Source: Eledone cirrhosa (Eukaryota). From it: 64,000 nt of DNA. The notes below the pieces were generated by a model that worked only from the letters and a program-made list of their open reading frames with translations, had not been told where the DNA came from and searched no databases. Location of the stretch: assembly GCA_964016885.1 (NCBI GenBank), contig OZ024742.1, positions 103,292,001 through 103,356,000 on the forward strand, read 5' to 3'. The position numbers and the translations under genes were made by a program. Shown piece after piece: positions 1-14,294 of this stretch (position 1 is its first letter; every line of letters begins with the position of its first letter).

Positions 1-1775
1 ATTCTCTCTCTGATTAGTTGCACTATTACTTTTTCCGTGACCTTCATGACCTGGTCGATTAATTTAATGCCTCTATAGTTACTCCTATCTAGGGCGTCTC
101 CTTTACCCTTGTAAGAGTTAATGATGATGCTGCTACGCCAGTCCTTCGGAACAACCCCATTCTGTATGACTTGGTTTACTATCCGGGTGACCATGGTGTG
201 TCCCACCGTTCCAGAGGCCTTCAGCATCTCAGCAACTATTTCTGAAGGCCCAGCCGCTTTACCCGTCTTCATATCTTTGATTGCCTTACTTATTATACTA
301 CCTTCAACTAACACTGCTGGTCCCTCTATTGGATCGATCTGGGGGAGACTATCCTTCTCCCATTTATTCTCTTCATTTAGTAGCCTCTCGTAGTGACACT
401 TCCAAGCGACCTTCTTATCAGCGTCAGTGATGGCGAGTACGCCATCATCATTTAGTACACACTTCTCCCCAACAATATCACGGCTTTCCTTGACACATTG
501 CCTAGCAATCCTGAACACCTCACGTTTTTGGTCCTCGCGTTGTAGAACATGCTTGAACTTTCTTTCCTCAGCTTCCCTTCTTGCTAAGTACACTTGTCTC
601 CTAGCTTCCCTCCTGGCCACTTGATAGTCTTATCTACTTCCCCCATCCCGCCATACTTTCCAAGCCTGCTTTTTGGCCTTAATGGACTCCTCCACCTTAC
701 TGTTCCACCACCATGTTACTGTCCTCCTGCTTATAGGCCTGCTCCGGCCACAGACTTCGTCTGCCGCCATCAGCAGGTTTGCTTTCAGGAATTCCCACTG
801 TTCCTCTATATTGTACGACTCTAAATGCTCTTCCTTACTGTCGAAAGCATCAAGTAATATGCTTTGAAATTTATTTCTGGCTGTGGGGTCTTTTAGCTTC
901 CATATTTTTCTCCTGAGGATAGTCCTCTTCTGCTGTCGAGTACGTCTCGTCCTGACTATGAGGTCGCTAATTATCAGTCTATGTTGGGAGGTGCATTCTT
1001 CATGGGGGAGGGATTTAGTGTTTACAACAGTCACTCTGTCACGTCTTCTGGTAAGGATATAATCTACCTGGCTGGTATGTTCCCCTGATCTGTAGGTGAT
1101 CAAGTGATTGTCTCGTTTTTTGAAGTCAGTGTTACAGATTGTTAGGTTATTTGCGTCACAGAATTCCAGGATTCTGGAGCCTTCCTCATTTCTAGTACCA
1201 AACCCATGGCCTCCATGGATTCCATCATAGCCGTCACAATGTTGTCCAACGTGACCATTTAGGTCGCCAGCAATAATTATATAGTCACTGTCGGTTATTT
1301 GGGAGGTAGTGAGCATCAGTGTCTCATAGAAAGTGTCTTTTATAGCGCCAGGCAGTCCGCAGATATTATCGTCACAGTAGTTCTATTCAGAACAAGTCTT
1401 GTTTTAATTATTATGTCGTTTACTCTATTTACGTCTATTATCTTATCCACCCATTTTTCTGCTAACATGATTCCTACCACACCCAGCCCATTGTCATTTC
1501 CCACCCAGAAAAGCTTATAGCATCATTTTTTACTCACAATGAATCTAGCAGACCCGCCCCTCCACCTGGTCTCTTGGATACAGCAGGCATCAACATCCTT
1601 ACGTTCAAGCATTTCTACAACCTCGTTTGAGCGGCCTTTTAAGGTGCCTACATTCATGGTACCAACTCTGAAGTTTTGGATTGCGTTTGGTGGGTGGGTG
1701 CAGGGAGGGGTGAGGTTGATGGGGTTGGGGTTATGTTGGCCATCCGCGGCCGCAACAAAGAGGGTGGGCTTTTCG
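1..1775 (-). mobile_element. RTE-clade non-LTR retrotransposon, 5' part (APE endonuclease, linker, start of RT); disrupted and continues past the left edge
   Basis: ORFs 1523..1795 and 630..1316 carry APE motifs GTMNVGTL, CCIQETRW, IAGDLNGHVG, SQVDYIL and TSQHRLII. The minus strand of 1-300 reads GKAAGP..AEMLK, PKDWR and YKGKGDALDRSNYRGIKL (pre-RT motifs). Stops and frameshifts lie between the ORFs. Confidence 0.9.
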
Positions 1776-1778
1776 TTC

Positions 1779-1976
1779 ACAGTTGAAAATTGCAAACTTG
1801 ACTGTCACCACATATTATGAACCTGAAGATTGCGAAAGCATGAAAGTACTTGTTCAAGTAACACTTAGAATTTAATATTCTATCATACTATTTCATTATA
1901 ATACCATTATATATTTTAAAGGATTGTAAATAAAACGAGTAAATCAGACAAAGTTGGAATTCCTCTTATTAATATA
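1779..1976 (+). mobile_element. Solo pseudo-LTR (3' end) of a Neptune-like PLE
   Basis: Near-exact reverse complement of 2563-2764, which is the 3' end of the GIY-YIG fragment at 3109-3558. Contains an HHR motif. Confidence 0.8.
1818..1856 (+). ncRNA. Minimal type I hammerhead ribozyme (family A)
   Basis: tgaac-CTGAAGA-t tgc gaaa gca t-GAAA-gtac-TT-gttca. Stem I is tgaac/gttca, stem II has a GAAA tetraloop, stem III is palindromic (AAGTACTT), and the predicted triplet is CUU. Confidence 0.75.
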
Positions 1977-2003
1977 ATCTTCTATACACAATCATACACA
2001 CCC

Positions 2004-2562
<559 letters not shown>

Positions 2563-3635
2563 TATATTAATAAGAGGAATTCGAACTTTGTCTGATTTAC
2601 TCGTTTTATTTACAATCCTTTAAAATATATATAATATGGTATTATAATGAAATAGTATGATAGAATATTAAATTCTAAGTGTTAATTGAACAAGTACTTT
2701 CATGCTTTCGCAATCTTCAGGTTCATGATATGTGGTGACAGTCGAGTTTGCAATTTTCAACTGTAATGAGATGGGTAAATTTACTACCTTTTATACATTT
2801 TATACAGAGAAAAGTGGCTCCAGAATGCAAAGCCCTGTAAACTGTATTTCGACCAATCAGTGTGTAGTTTCACTGAATTACTACAGCTGATTGGTTTAAG
2901 CGTCACGGCTGGTTGAGCATGCTAACGACCAATAGTCATACCCAACGTATCAATTGTTTTGCTTTTTGAAATGATGAAAATAGCATTTTCTATTAATCAT
3001 CACCATCAACATCACTTTTATTATTATTATTATTATTGTTGTTGTTGTTGTTGTTGTTGTTAGTGGTCGTGGTCATAGTGGTAGTAGAAGTAATACCCCT
3101 AAGCGTTATTATTGTTCATTTAGCTTGGGTTTGAATTTATCAATAAAATTCTTTTCTTTGATTTTTCTCTTGATTTCACTTGGGCTGTGTAATTTGTAGA
3201 ATGGGAATATTATAAATATTCCCTGATCACATGTTGCCAGGTGGCCGCTTAGGGGTATCTGACGGACATTTGGGTCTCTGATTTGTTGACGGTGTACCCG
3301 TGCACGTTCCGATAGTGCATTTCCAGTTTGTCCGACATATAGTTCTTCACAATTCGGGCATTTAATGCAGTAAATTAGATTTCTGCTTTTGCAGTTCATA
3401 TTTGCATTTGGGAATATTTTTCCAGTTTTTGTTTTCATATATTGACCGGCGTGTATGGATTGACATGTGCCGCATCGATTATCATTGCATTTAGATACAG
3501 TGAATGATTGGTCTTTGTTGTTAAGGTCAAACTTTGCTTTTGTTAGCAATTGCTTCAAATTTTTTTTTTTTTTTTTGACTCTTAGTAAAAGACAGCCAAA
3601 AAATTTGAAGCAATTGCTAACAAAAGCAAAGTTTG
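2563..3635 (-). mobile_element. 5'-truncated Neptune-like PLE: GIY-YIG endonuclease, 3' pLTR and a short inverted 5' segment
   Basis: ORF 3109..3558 reads KCNDNRCGTC (Cys linker), NCKSRNLIYCIKCPNCEELYVGQT and ERARVHRQQIR (GIY-YIG). 3597-3635 is an inverted copy of about 3528-3566. The 3' end abuts (TA)n. Confidence 0.85.
2687..2725 (-). ncRNA. Minimal type I hammerhead ribozyme (family A, second copy)
   Basis: Reverse complement of 1818-1856, located in the pLTR downstream of the GIY-YIG ORF. Confidence 0.75.
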
Positions 3636-4077
3636 TATGTATATGTAAACACCCACACCTTTCACCACCATTGCTTCTTTTTGTTGTCGTTTCTGTTGAA
3701 CTGTTGTAAAAGTTGACGTTGTCCTTATTTTCATTTTCTTTGATTTCTTTAGTTTTTCTTTTATTTCCCTAGGGAATTCGTTGACAAGCTTCTTTTATTT
3801 ATTTTCTTCGTTTTCTTCATTCAAATGCATTCACACTGGCTGTCTAAGAGACGTACAAATATGACTTATAAAACTTACCAAACTAAAGGGGCTTCCAGCG
3901 CCCCCCTAACGCGCCTTGGAGTTCCGAAACTTCCCCCCCCCCCTCCCCCACCCGGGGGTGGAGGCATGTGGCCCCCGTTGAGAACCTTTAATCTAGGATA
4001 TAATGACACCAAAGACGGCAAGGATATACCGGTGTGGTACCCTTAATGTAGGAGTAGAGAAGAGATCAATAATAATT

Positions 4078-4256
4078 ATTTCTACTTTAGGCACAAGGCC
4101 AGCAATTACCCAGTGCATTACTGGTACTTTATTTTATCGACCCCGTAAGGATGAAAGGCAAAGTCAACCTCGGCGGGATTTGAACTCAGATCGTAAAGGG
4201 ACATAACTATGCTGGAAAGCATGGCGTCCGACTCTCTACCGATACTGCCAATCCAG
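4078..4256 (-). mobile_element. tRNA-derived SINE, octopus OK-like family
   Basis: The minus strand has an A-box-like TGGCAGTATCGG, a B-box-like GAGTTCAAATCC and the family body GACTTTGCCTTTCATCC..GGGGTCGATAAAATAAAGTACCAG. There are many copies in the window. Confidence 0.8.
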
Positions 4257-4393
4257 ATCAATAATAATGGTGAAGCAGAGCAGAAGGTACAGTTGTTATA
4301 CGTGAGCGAGTAAGAAGCTCGTAAGGATTGTATATCTAAATATGGAAAATGGGGGGGGGGGGGAGAAAGAAAGAAAAATAGATAGAGAGGTAG

Positions 4394-4427
<34 letters not shown>

Positions 4428-4434
<7 letters not shown>

Positions 4435-6732
4435 AAAGAGAAGATGTCTCTCTGTCTGTCTAACCGCATGCATTTCTACATTTTACAACCGATTTGCACC
4501 AAATTTCATACATAGCTTTCTGAAGTCCTATTACGCGTCCTATTACATCGATTGTGGGGCCTCCCAGGAGCAGATAACCCCCTTAAACCTCTCGCTTGGA
4601 GTCAGCAGTACTACTGCATAAAGGCCCCATATTCCTGCTGTTTGCCTCCCATCTTCACCAACATGAATCTTTTGTTTGCTTATGGCCTACAAATAAATTT
4701 GCAGGCATGCACTTGCGCAGAAATTCAGGTAGGGGACTTGATGGATTTTGAATTTGATATCATCAATGCAACAAAACGTCATAACTGCTTGAGTTAGTGT
4801 TTGGTTTTCAGGAAGCGAGACGTATTGGTTACCTATGGCTTATAAAGGAAGGTGAACACATGAACTTTTACTTGAAATTATCAAGGGGACCGCTGGGGGG
4901 GGGGGGAGGGTAGTAAGCCCCTTCGACTTATCTATTGAAGTTCACATTAACACTGTATTAGTAACTGACAACTTTTTAAGTTTACGTTCGATTTTAAGTT
5001 TACTGGACACATTGGTTACCCATTGCCTAAAGATGATGTTGAAGACACTGTCTATACCCGGAACAAGCAAGGGGACGCCCAGGGGGCAGTAAGCCCCGGC
5101 GAGTCATTTATTGAATTTGGCTATTGTAATGCAGCTTCGATAATTAGTAGTCCAATAAAATGAACTTCGACTTAGTTGTTATTCATGTTCTACAGATAAA
5201 GATACAGTGAGGATCATTTACTTTCATTTCAATACAGCAAGAGGACCCCCCCCCCCCCCCTCGGGGACAATCAGCCCAATTCGTAAAAATTCAAACTGCC
5301 ACAATAAAAAAGCACCATAACCTCGGGAGTTTATACTTGATTCTTACAAAAACTAAACGAAATGGTTATTGCCTGTCATAAGATAAAGCGCTCGAGAGGA
5401 TGAATGACGACGCGCCGTTCGACGAAGCAGGGACGCCACTGCAACATCCACTGTATCCATAGACCCTCCCGGATTGCCACCACACTTACTGCGACTTAAG
5501 AAAGGTGCCCCTGTCATGCTCCTCAGGAATTTGGAACCCCAAAGGCTTTCTAACGGCTTTCCAAAGGTGATGCCTCATGTTATTGAGGCAACAATACTTA
5601 CAGCATGTGATAAGGAGGATACTGTCTTCATACCAAGGATACCTCTCATTCCATCCGGTAAAGACATTCCTTTCCCATTCAGAAGGCTGCAATTCCCTCT
5701 CCGGCTCAGTTTCGCAATGTCGGTTAACTAATCACAGGGTCAGACGATGACGGTCGTAGGGCTTAATTTAGAAGGACCTTGCTTCTCCCATGGTCAACTA
5801 TATGTTGGCTTCTCTCGAGTGGGGAGCCGACATAACCTATTTGCTTTTGCAACTCGCGAGAAAACCCAAAATATAGTCTATAAGGAAGTTTTGTAGGCCA
5901 ACAGGTAATCGCTGTTTTTTTTGTATAAGTGCTTACATTTGCTGTATCCGTGTGCTATTTTTGTCCCTTTGACAATACCACGTACGCCTCGAGGTTGCTT
6001 TTGCTATACGTTATAAATGTTCAATGTCTCTGTTTTCCGTATTTATATGTGCTATTACCCTTTGCTATAGATGTTCCGTAGTTTTAACCTAATTAATCTA
6101 CTTTTCCCTACATCTTATTTACTAATTTTTTTGACATTCAGCGTGATCTTGCCAAGGCCGTTTTTGTGGCCACCGACTATTACATGCTTTTCTAGGTTAC
6201 AATCTCAAATAACAAGCAAAGCAAATACGACATACCAAAGTGGTGTGAAGGACTTCTTAAGGGCCACCACCTCTAATCGAAGTCGTCTTTGCTAACAGCT
6301 CTGCCACTGGGACTTTTAAGAGTGAACGATCCAAGGCCCTCTTAAGGGCCACCAAGTTTAAATTGTTAGCATCGGACTCATCTTCGCTGGCAGCACCACC
6401 GCTGAGATATTTCAAAGTGAACGTTAAAAGGTCCTCTCCTGGACCACCAACTATAAATTGTTATCGGTGGATTCGTCTTTGTTGGCAGCACCGCCACTGA
6501 GATTTTTAAGAGAGAACGATCCAAAGCTCTCTTTAGGGCCACAAACTTCAAATTGTTGCCATCGGATTCGTCTTTGCCGGCAGCACCACCGCAGAGAACG
6601 TTCAAAAGCCCTCTTTAGGGCCAACACCTATAAATTGTTACTTCTATAGTCGTGTTTAACGGAAGTCTTTCGGTTCATTTGAACGACTACTCCATTGAGA
6701 GTTATACCGGGCAACGCCGGGTACCTCTGGTA

Positions 6733-6733
<1 letters not shown>
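4428..6733 (+). mobile_element. Non-autonomous Helitron derivative retaining the C-terminus of the PIF1-like helicase
   Basis: 5474-5897 reads LRLKKGAPVMLLRNL, RIPLIPS, RRLQFPLRLSFAMSVN*SQGQT and CFSHGQLYVGFSRVG. A 3' hairpin ccgggcaacgccgg is followed by a CTAG-like end (gtag|t). The 5' end starts atatataaaag..tgtctgtc. Confidence 0.85.
6255..6625. repeat. Degenerate tandem repeats inside the Helitron 3' region
   Basis: Recurrent blocks agggccacca..aaattgtt..catcggattcgtctttgctggcagcaccaccgc. The same array occurs at about 13025-13410. Confidence 0.75.
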
Positions 6734-6775
<42 letters not shown>

Positions 6776-6777
<2 letters not shown>

Positions 6778-6951
6778 TTATTACGGGTTGAATCGGAGGT
6801 AAGTAAGGTACTCAATACATAGCAGAGTATAAAAGTTTTAATATAGAACAGCTTCTACAGGACTAGAACTGTTTCATTCGTGAGAAATCATTCTGATGAT
6901 TTCTTAAGAATGAAACAGTTCTAGTCCTGTAGAAACTCTTCTATATTAAAT
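6776..6951. mobile_element. Head-to-head inverted pair of HHR-bearing PLE-type 3' ends (family B) in (TA)n
   Basis: About 6837-6891 is the reverse complement of about 6897-6950. The right arm starts CTGATGA-tttc ttaa gaat-GAAACAGTT at 6893. TA tracts flank both sides. Confidence 0.7.
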
Positions 6952-7079
6952 ATATATATATATATATATATATATGCGATGAAATACCAATGATGGTTGG
7001 AAAATCACTGACGAAGGACTATTTTTATCATATGTAACCCATGTGCAACCACGCAGTATTCTTCTTTCTTCTCATGTTT

Positions 7080-7167
<88 letters not shown>

Positions 7168-7444
7168 TAACATCATTTTGCGCTATTCTATTAACGTCCT
7201 ACTTGTTGTTCTACGATTATCAGAAATTCAACAATACAACACTTCCTGATTGGACTTCCTTCTTTTTTGTAAAATATAACTATTAAACCAAATGAGTATT
7301 TCCGCAACTTCAAATAATATTTCAGTGTAAAAGTGGTGTCAAAATATTGAAGGAAATTTCTTAGAATCAACAAGAAAAGTTTTTTTTTTTTATTGATGAT
7401 TATTACAAGCTCTCCAACAAAAATACTGTTGAAGCTAGCTACAA

Positions 7445-7670
7445 ACACCGAACTCTGAGAAGTGATCCACGAAACCCAAACTGCGAAGCCGAACCGCAAA
7501 GGCCAAACCCCAAACTCCGAACTCCGAATTGCGAGGTCCAAACCGTGCCGCCTAAACTCCGAACCACGAACCTTGAACTTTAGAACTCGAACTACGAACC
7601 CTGAACTGCAAACCCAGAACCCTGAATTAAGAAGCCTAAACCGCCTACCCAAACCGCGAACTGTGAACCT
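7445..7670. repeat. Degenerate 7-bp tandem repeat (approximately CCGAACT)
   Basis: Visible 7-nt periodicity: ccgaact, ccgaacc, cgaactc, cccagaa. Confidence 0.7.
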
Positions 7671-9783
7671 CCTTTTCAGAATGGGATAGTCTTATGTCAT
7701 CTAACTACTAAATCACACAGATGTTAAAATGTACTCTTTCCCATTCCCGCTCCTCTTTCTTTATCTTTCTTTCCCTCCGTCTCTGTCTCTTTCTCTCACT
7801 CTCATTCTCGCACCACACACACACACACACTCTCTCTACCTCTCTCCCTGTCTTTACCCACTCTCTCCCCTCTCACTCTCCACACACCACTTAATCATTG
7901 TGTGGTGCCAGCAGTCTTTACAGGATTCGGAAAAGACATCTAAAAGACGTCATATTCCCCGAAAACTTCAAATTTTCACCATCAATCGGATGTCAACACT
8001 TGTTAAGCGATTATATTAAGTAGATAATCCTGTATATTTCAGACTTCAGATTATTATTTTTCACTATAAGGGACCGGACCTCGCCTACAGAGGGGGTGGA
8101 CATGACTCGTGCGATTTGTGTGTCACCGAGATTATGGAAATACTCGAGAGGGGAGCTCAAGTTATCAATAAAAGGAGTAACTTCTTCAGCACCTGCCTCC
8201 ACAGATCTTCTGGAACCCCCCTCAAACTGTACAGACTAACAACGTAGTTGTGCTAGTTGAAGACTTTTACAAACTTGTCCGTGGAGGCAGGGCATTGCCA
8301 CGCGGCAACCCCAGCGTCAGGCGAACCTTGGATATCTTGTTTGCACACTTGGAGTCTCTATGTGTACATGTTTCTTGTTCTTTGCTCCCTATTCCTCTGT
8401 TTATATACCTACTGTTGTTTTTTATGTATTTTTGTCCCGTTCCTTTATTACTGTGTTCTCTATATGTGTTCTCGTTTCTTATCTATTTGTACCTGTCCTA
8501 CTTTCGCTTCCCGTAACTCTCTTCCATGGCCTAACAGCCTTTTTGATAGTATTGTTGCCACTGTGGGTGGGACTGGCTGCTATAATTATTACTAGCTTTG
8601 TGCCTTACAATGATAGAGAGGATTGTATTTTAGCAGTATTAGTTATAGATGTTATCGCCACTTTAGCAGGGTGGTAGAATCAGTGGTCGTTAGTTGCCAG
8701 TGTGGTAAGTGATAGTATCCTCGTTGGATTATCTTGTTGACATAGACGTGAGGGAAGGTCCCTCGATCTATTTACCATCTATTTACAATATTCCTTTCGT
8801 CAGGTCGCCAATTCCAGCAGCATGGATTAAAGATGTTATTGAGACACGAGTAACATAATAACGACTTCAACCGCAGTAATTAGAGATGAAATGTTTGTTT
8901 ATTTATATGGTTGAAGTTACAGATAAAAAGAGGTTACAAAAGGGAATGTGCCATTGCGCCGTTAAGCCGGCGAGGCTAGGGGTGCAATATCTCACTGCTA
9001 CATTATGCGTGTTGCTGGTTCGAAATTTCTGGTACAAGAGAGAGATTCTTCAAATCTTCGCGGGGAATTTCTTCCTCAGGGCGCGTAGGGATACATCTTC
9101 TTCTACTGGCGCTGATTGGCTGAACTGAGCCAAATCACGCACAGAGAATGTATGTGAGCCCGCGGAATGTAGGTCACTACAGTATCAACTGGGAATATAT
9201 TTGTTTATATATATAAATACCCATCTATGTTTTTATCCCATTTTCACTTCCTTGTTTCAACGGACTACTATTGTGGTTAGTTTATTTTTCATGGAAGCGT
9301 GGCTTTTTTCTTGTTGCCGCCGTCGCCGTGGTGGGGTCATCCCTGGTGTTGTTGTTGCTGTTGGTGTTACCAATGGCTTAATACTGATATAGATGATACC
9401 ACCACTACTGCGACGAACGGGGTGGGTGATGGGCGGTGTTGGTGTTTGTTGCCATTACCATTGTTGTTGTTGCTATATATGGTCATGGTGATTGATACCA
9501 CCAACTCTGTGTACCCACCTACCTCTAACCTCTAAACTCCTTTTTATTGCTTTGGCGTTATCGCTGTTTACGGTCAACAGGGTGGTACCGTCACTGCGAC
9601 GACTACGACCTGTATACACGACGCTGGTCTGTGTTTTTGTTGTTGTTGTCGTTTGTTGCTGTTGTTGTCGTTGTAAGTGTTTAACTGTAGCTGTTGCTTT
9701 AGTTGTTGTCAATAGGGTGGTGGTATCACCACGACTATTGCGACCAGTGTGGACAACTTTGGTCAGCGGTTTGATGTTATTGT

Positions 9784-9822
<39 letters not shown>

Positions 9823-10240
9823 CTATAGGTGGTTGTCAACTAAATATATTCCTCACCCCACTGAGAGCTCCTTGTATTGCTTCACCTGTCTACTGGGTTT
9901 TGGCTGCACTCAGTTCTTCGTTCTTTTCGTCTTTTTTCGTTGATAGCTTTTTCTAGCAAACACGACGACTGGCAAACCCTTCAAGGAACTCATATGTATG
10001 CTGGGCGCACAGGTATTAGGACGTGTGTTTTCCTGCCAACGACATATCAACTATATCGATTTTCATCTGAGGATACCGTTCTCATAATCAAATGCATGAA
10101 GGACATCTTGATTGCATGGAGAACCGTGGAAATAATTATTATGATTTAACGATATATGTAACCTCAGCATCTTATTTTGTTATTTATATTTTGTTATATA
10201 TATATATATATATATAAGTATAGCTATATATAAATATATA

Positions 10241-10460
10241 TATGGTGGGTAATAATAAACATTGCCCAGTTACAAGTATGAAAATAACTCGATGTAAAAT
10301 AACAAATATAATACAGAGTCGAAATACAATGCAAATGATAATCAAAGAGTGTTTAATCTAACCTCCGATGATTCCGGCCTTGCGCTAGGATGAAACGATC
10401 GTCAATGTTTAAAAGATCGTTAATGTTTGAAAGATTAAACACTCTTTGATTATCATTTAC
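10241..10460. mobile_element. Inverted pair with a degenerate HHR (family C) between TA tracts
   Basis: aaatgataatcaaagagtgtttaatct (about 10333-10359) is inverted at 10432-10458. Between them lies CCGATGA-t tcc..gga t-GAAAC GATC GTC (10365-10403). Confidence 0.6.
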
Positions 10461-11094
10461 ATATATATTATATAGTGTCGGGACCCGACGGTTGAGCTCT
10501 TGCCGTTTCAACAGTTAGTTCCACATATGTAACTCAAATAAAAAAGAAACGGCCATCATAATCGCAGGTAAACTCCAAAGATGTTTTGTTCACCTGCGCA
10601 ATGAGATTAGCGGAGGTTTGGACAGAATACTGCATATAATATTGACAAATGCAGCCCTTTAAAACACAGGTGAACCCCCAAATTCAAGGGACGCAATTAC
10701 TGCAAACTTAACAGCTATTTTTGCAAAGATTTCCTCAGTGTCAAGGTGTCGATCAGAAAGATTCAGAGGAACTTAACACAGGTACCTATATGGATGACAA
10801 ATAGTACTCCCATGAAATCCTATAAAAGTAATGAAGGATTGCGAAAGTCCATGAAATTCAAATCCATGTATAATATCTATGCTGACGCACATTAGCCTAT
10901 GAATTGGTAGAAGGTAAGAGTGAATTTAGGAGATAAAAGACCGCTGTTCGAAGACCAATCACCAATAATGGAACACTGGAAGGAATAATACTTCAACCTA
11001 CTGCTAAACGAAACTGAACCAGAGAATCTAGCAGCCATGGCAAAAATTTATGAAAAGCCCATCATCCACCAAATTGACGAAACATTTTACCTGA

Positions 11095-11310
11095 TGAGTG
11101 GATTGACAGTATCGGCAGAGCGCCGGACAACATGCTCTATGGCATAGGGTTACGCTCCTTTACGATCTGAGTTCAAATCCTGCCGAGGTTAGCTTTGCCT
11201 TTCAACTTTACGGGGTCGATAAAATAAAGTACCAGTGGTGCGTTGGGGTCGATTTAATCGAATTTTCCCTCCCTCTAAATTGTTGGTCTTGTGCTTAAAT
11301 CAGAAATCGA
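11095..11310 (+). mobile_element. OK-like tRNA-derived SINE
   Basis: gagttcaaatcctgccgagg..tttgcctttc..ggggtcgataaaataaagtaccag. Confidence 0.75.
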
Positions 11311-12062
11311 TATTCTATCAGAAGCGCTAAGACTTTCCCACAGGGAACGTAAATAGCAACAGTTTGATATCCAATGACCTACAATTATGTAACTGTTTCG
11401 AAGATATATAAAACTTAACTAAAGTCTTTTTGAAATATTTTTAAAGAATGTATAACTTTCTAACATCATCATGGACCAAACCTCTGCAAAAAGCTACAAC
11501 CAAAGTAGAACAGCCTTCATCGGTTCCTTCATCCATCAACTACATATACGGCCAAATTAAACACAGTCACAAATTGTCACACGAAAACTTAAGTGATATT
11601 AACAAAATAATCATCAATAACAACACTGGCAATTCCTTCTTTACTAGTATTGCAAGTAAACGAAAAATGCTGGAAATTAATTAGTCTCTACTCTATGCAA
11701 AGAATTTCATGAAGTTGACCGTTATTTAAAAAAATATTATACCTGACCCGAAGAATTTATACAGTAAAAGGCGAGAGAAAGTTGAGATATTTCTATCAAA
11801 TAAAACAACAAAAATAGAAGGCAATCGTGTGCCTCCGAGAGGGAAGTTGACGGAATCCTTATCCGATGTATGGAACGACGTATGCTCTATCAGCCAGAAC
11901 AGGACATATGGAAGTGTGTTCCTGGTCTTTAAAACCTTGGACGAGGAACTAAGACGGGCAGAGTTGGTGTCACATATTCCTGTCAACAGGCTTGTGCTGT
12001 AGTACGAAGGTCAGCTGTAAAGTTCATAGGCGGAAAAGCGAAACCGTTCATTGGCTGACGAA

Positions 12063-12149
<87 letters not shown>

Positions 12150-12316
12150 TCACTTCCTCGCCTGACCCTCTAGTAGTCCTTTTCTCACTTACAACTGCTG
12201 GGGTTAGACGTGTGTCTTTTTTTTCTCGACCTCACAGTCTTGAAGTTCTCTCATCGTGTGGTCTTGGATTTTCTTACTTTAAGTTGCTCGCACATTGCTC
12301 GGTTTGTTGTTTAGGG

Positions 12317-13514
12317 ATGTGATAAGGGGGATACTGTCTTCATACCAAGGATACTTTTCATTCCATCCGGTAAAGACATTCCTTTCACATTCAGAAGGCT
12401 GCAATTCCCTCTCCGGCTCAGTTTCGCCATGTCGGTTAACAAATCACAGGGTCAGACGATGACGGTCGTAGGGCTTAATTTAGAAGAACCGTGCTTCTCC
12501 CATGTCAACTATATGTTGGCTTCTCTCGAGTGGGGAGCCTATTTGCTTTTGCAAATAACCTATTTGCTTTTGCAACTCGCAAGAAAACCCCAAATATAGT
12601 CTATAAGGAAGTTTTGTAGGCACCCCATCCGCCAACAAGTAATCGCTGTTTTTGTTTTTGTATAAGTGCTTACATTTTGTAAAAGTGCTTACATTTGCTG
12701 TATCCGTGTGCTATTTTGTATAAGTGCTTACATTTGCTGTATCCGTGTGCTATTTTTGTCCTTTTGACAATACCACGGTACGCCCCTGAGCTTGCTTTTG
12801 CTATACGTTATAAATGTTCAGCGTCTCCGTTTTCCACATTTATATGTTGCTATTACGCTTTGCTATCGATGTTCCGTAGTTTTAACCTAATTAATCTACT
12901 TTTCCCTACATCTGATCTTGCCAGGGCCGTTTTTGTGGCCACTGACTGTTAAATGCTTTTCTAGGTTACAATCTCTAATAACAAGCAAAGCAAACACGAC
13001 ACACCAAAGTGGTGTGAAGGAATTCTTAAGGGCCACCACCTCTAATCGGAGTCGTCTTTGCTGACAGCTCTGCCGCTGGGACTTTTAAGAGTGAACGATC
13101 CAAGACCCTCTTCAGGGCCACCAAGTTTAAATTGTTACCATCGGATTCATCTTTGCTGGCAGCACCACCGCTGAGATATTTCAAAGTAACGTTAAAAGGT
13201 CCTCTCCAGGGCCACCAACTATAAATTGTTATCGCTGGATTAGTCTTTGCTGGCAGCACCGCCGCTGAGACTTTTAAGAGTGAACAATCGAAGGCTCTCT
13301 TTAGGGCCACTAACTTTAAATTGTTACCATCAGATTCGTCTTTGCTGGAAGCACCGCCGCAGAGATATTTCAAAGTGAACGTTCAAAAGCCCTCTTTAGG
13401 GCCAACACCTATAAATGGTTACTTCTATAGTCGTGTTTAACGGAAGTCTTTCGGTTCATTTGAACGACTACTCCAGTGAGAGTTATACCGGGCAACGCCG
13501 GGTACCTCTGCTAG
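12317..13514 (+). mobile_element. 5'-truncated second copy of the Helitron derivative
   Basis: Aligns with about 5605-6733 (helicase C-terminus, internal repeats). Ends with hairpin ccgggcaacgccgg and CTAG|T. Confidence 0.85.
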
Positions 13515-14294
13515 TGTATAATATATATATAGTTGATATATATATAGAGAGAGAGATAGATAGATAGATAGGTACATAGAGGAATAGATATATGGATAGC
13601 TAGATAGATGAATAGATAGATAGATAAATAGATAGATAGATAGAAGAGAGGGTAACGGAATATTGCAGCAGAAGCAGCAACAGCTTGTGTGACTGCAACA
13701 CCAGCACAAATATCAACATCAGGCCCCCAGAGATGTGGACCAAAGCTACTATAACCGGTTGTAGGTCCGAATTTAGCCACAACGGAAACCAAAGCAGTGG
13801 AATCTCATTGTCTTTATTGTGACAAACACTAGGTATCGGTAAAATAGGGCACCAAGCTCCCTTACCATCCTCCGGGGAAACATTTTCTCCATTCTGTCTG
13901 CCGGGAATTGGGACGGCCAACACGTGGGACCCCATTTGCTCACCATACAGAGAGATGGGGAGGGCGAGAGAGATGGAGGCGATGACAGTGGGAGTTCGGC
14001 TCTTCCGTGTTCGGACTCATTGCACCTGTTCTGTTTCCTTTCTAAAGGTTTCACCTCTTGTGTGTGTATATATATGCTTTCATTCCTTTAAAGCAGCCAA
14101 AGGGGTTTTACCTGTAGCATAGGGTCGATTAGAGGCTCCGAGCAGCAGTTTCACCCCCTCCCCTTTATTTGGTGGCGATGAAGACGATATGGAGCATGAA
14201 GAAGTTAGGAATATTAAATGAAATAGGAGACAAAAGAATGGACACTGTCTAAAACCCTGTGAAAGGGCGCCTGTCTACTTACTGAACTAGTGAA

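Noticed and set aside
5474-5897. Host PIF1 helicase exon
   Set aside because: It has an internal stop, is duplicated at 12317-12620, and is followed by a Helitron hairpin/CTAG terminus.
6255-6625. Regularly spaced repeats resembling a CRISPR array
   Set aside because: These are degenerate tandem units without unique spacers, inside a Helitron in eukaryotic DNA, and no cas genes are present.
7007-7030. CTGACGA-aggac motif between TA tracts
   Set aside because: No closing stem II and no GAAA box follow.
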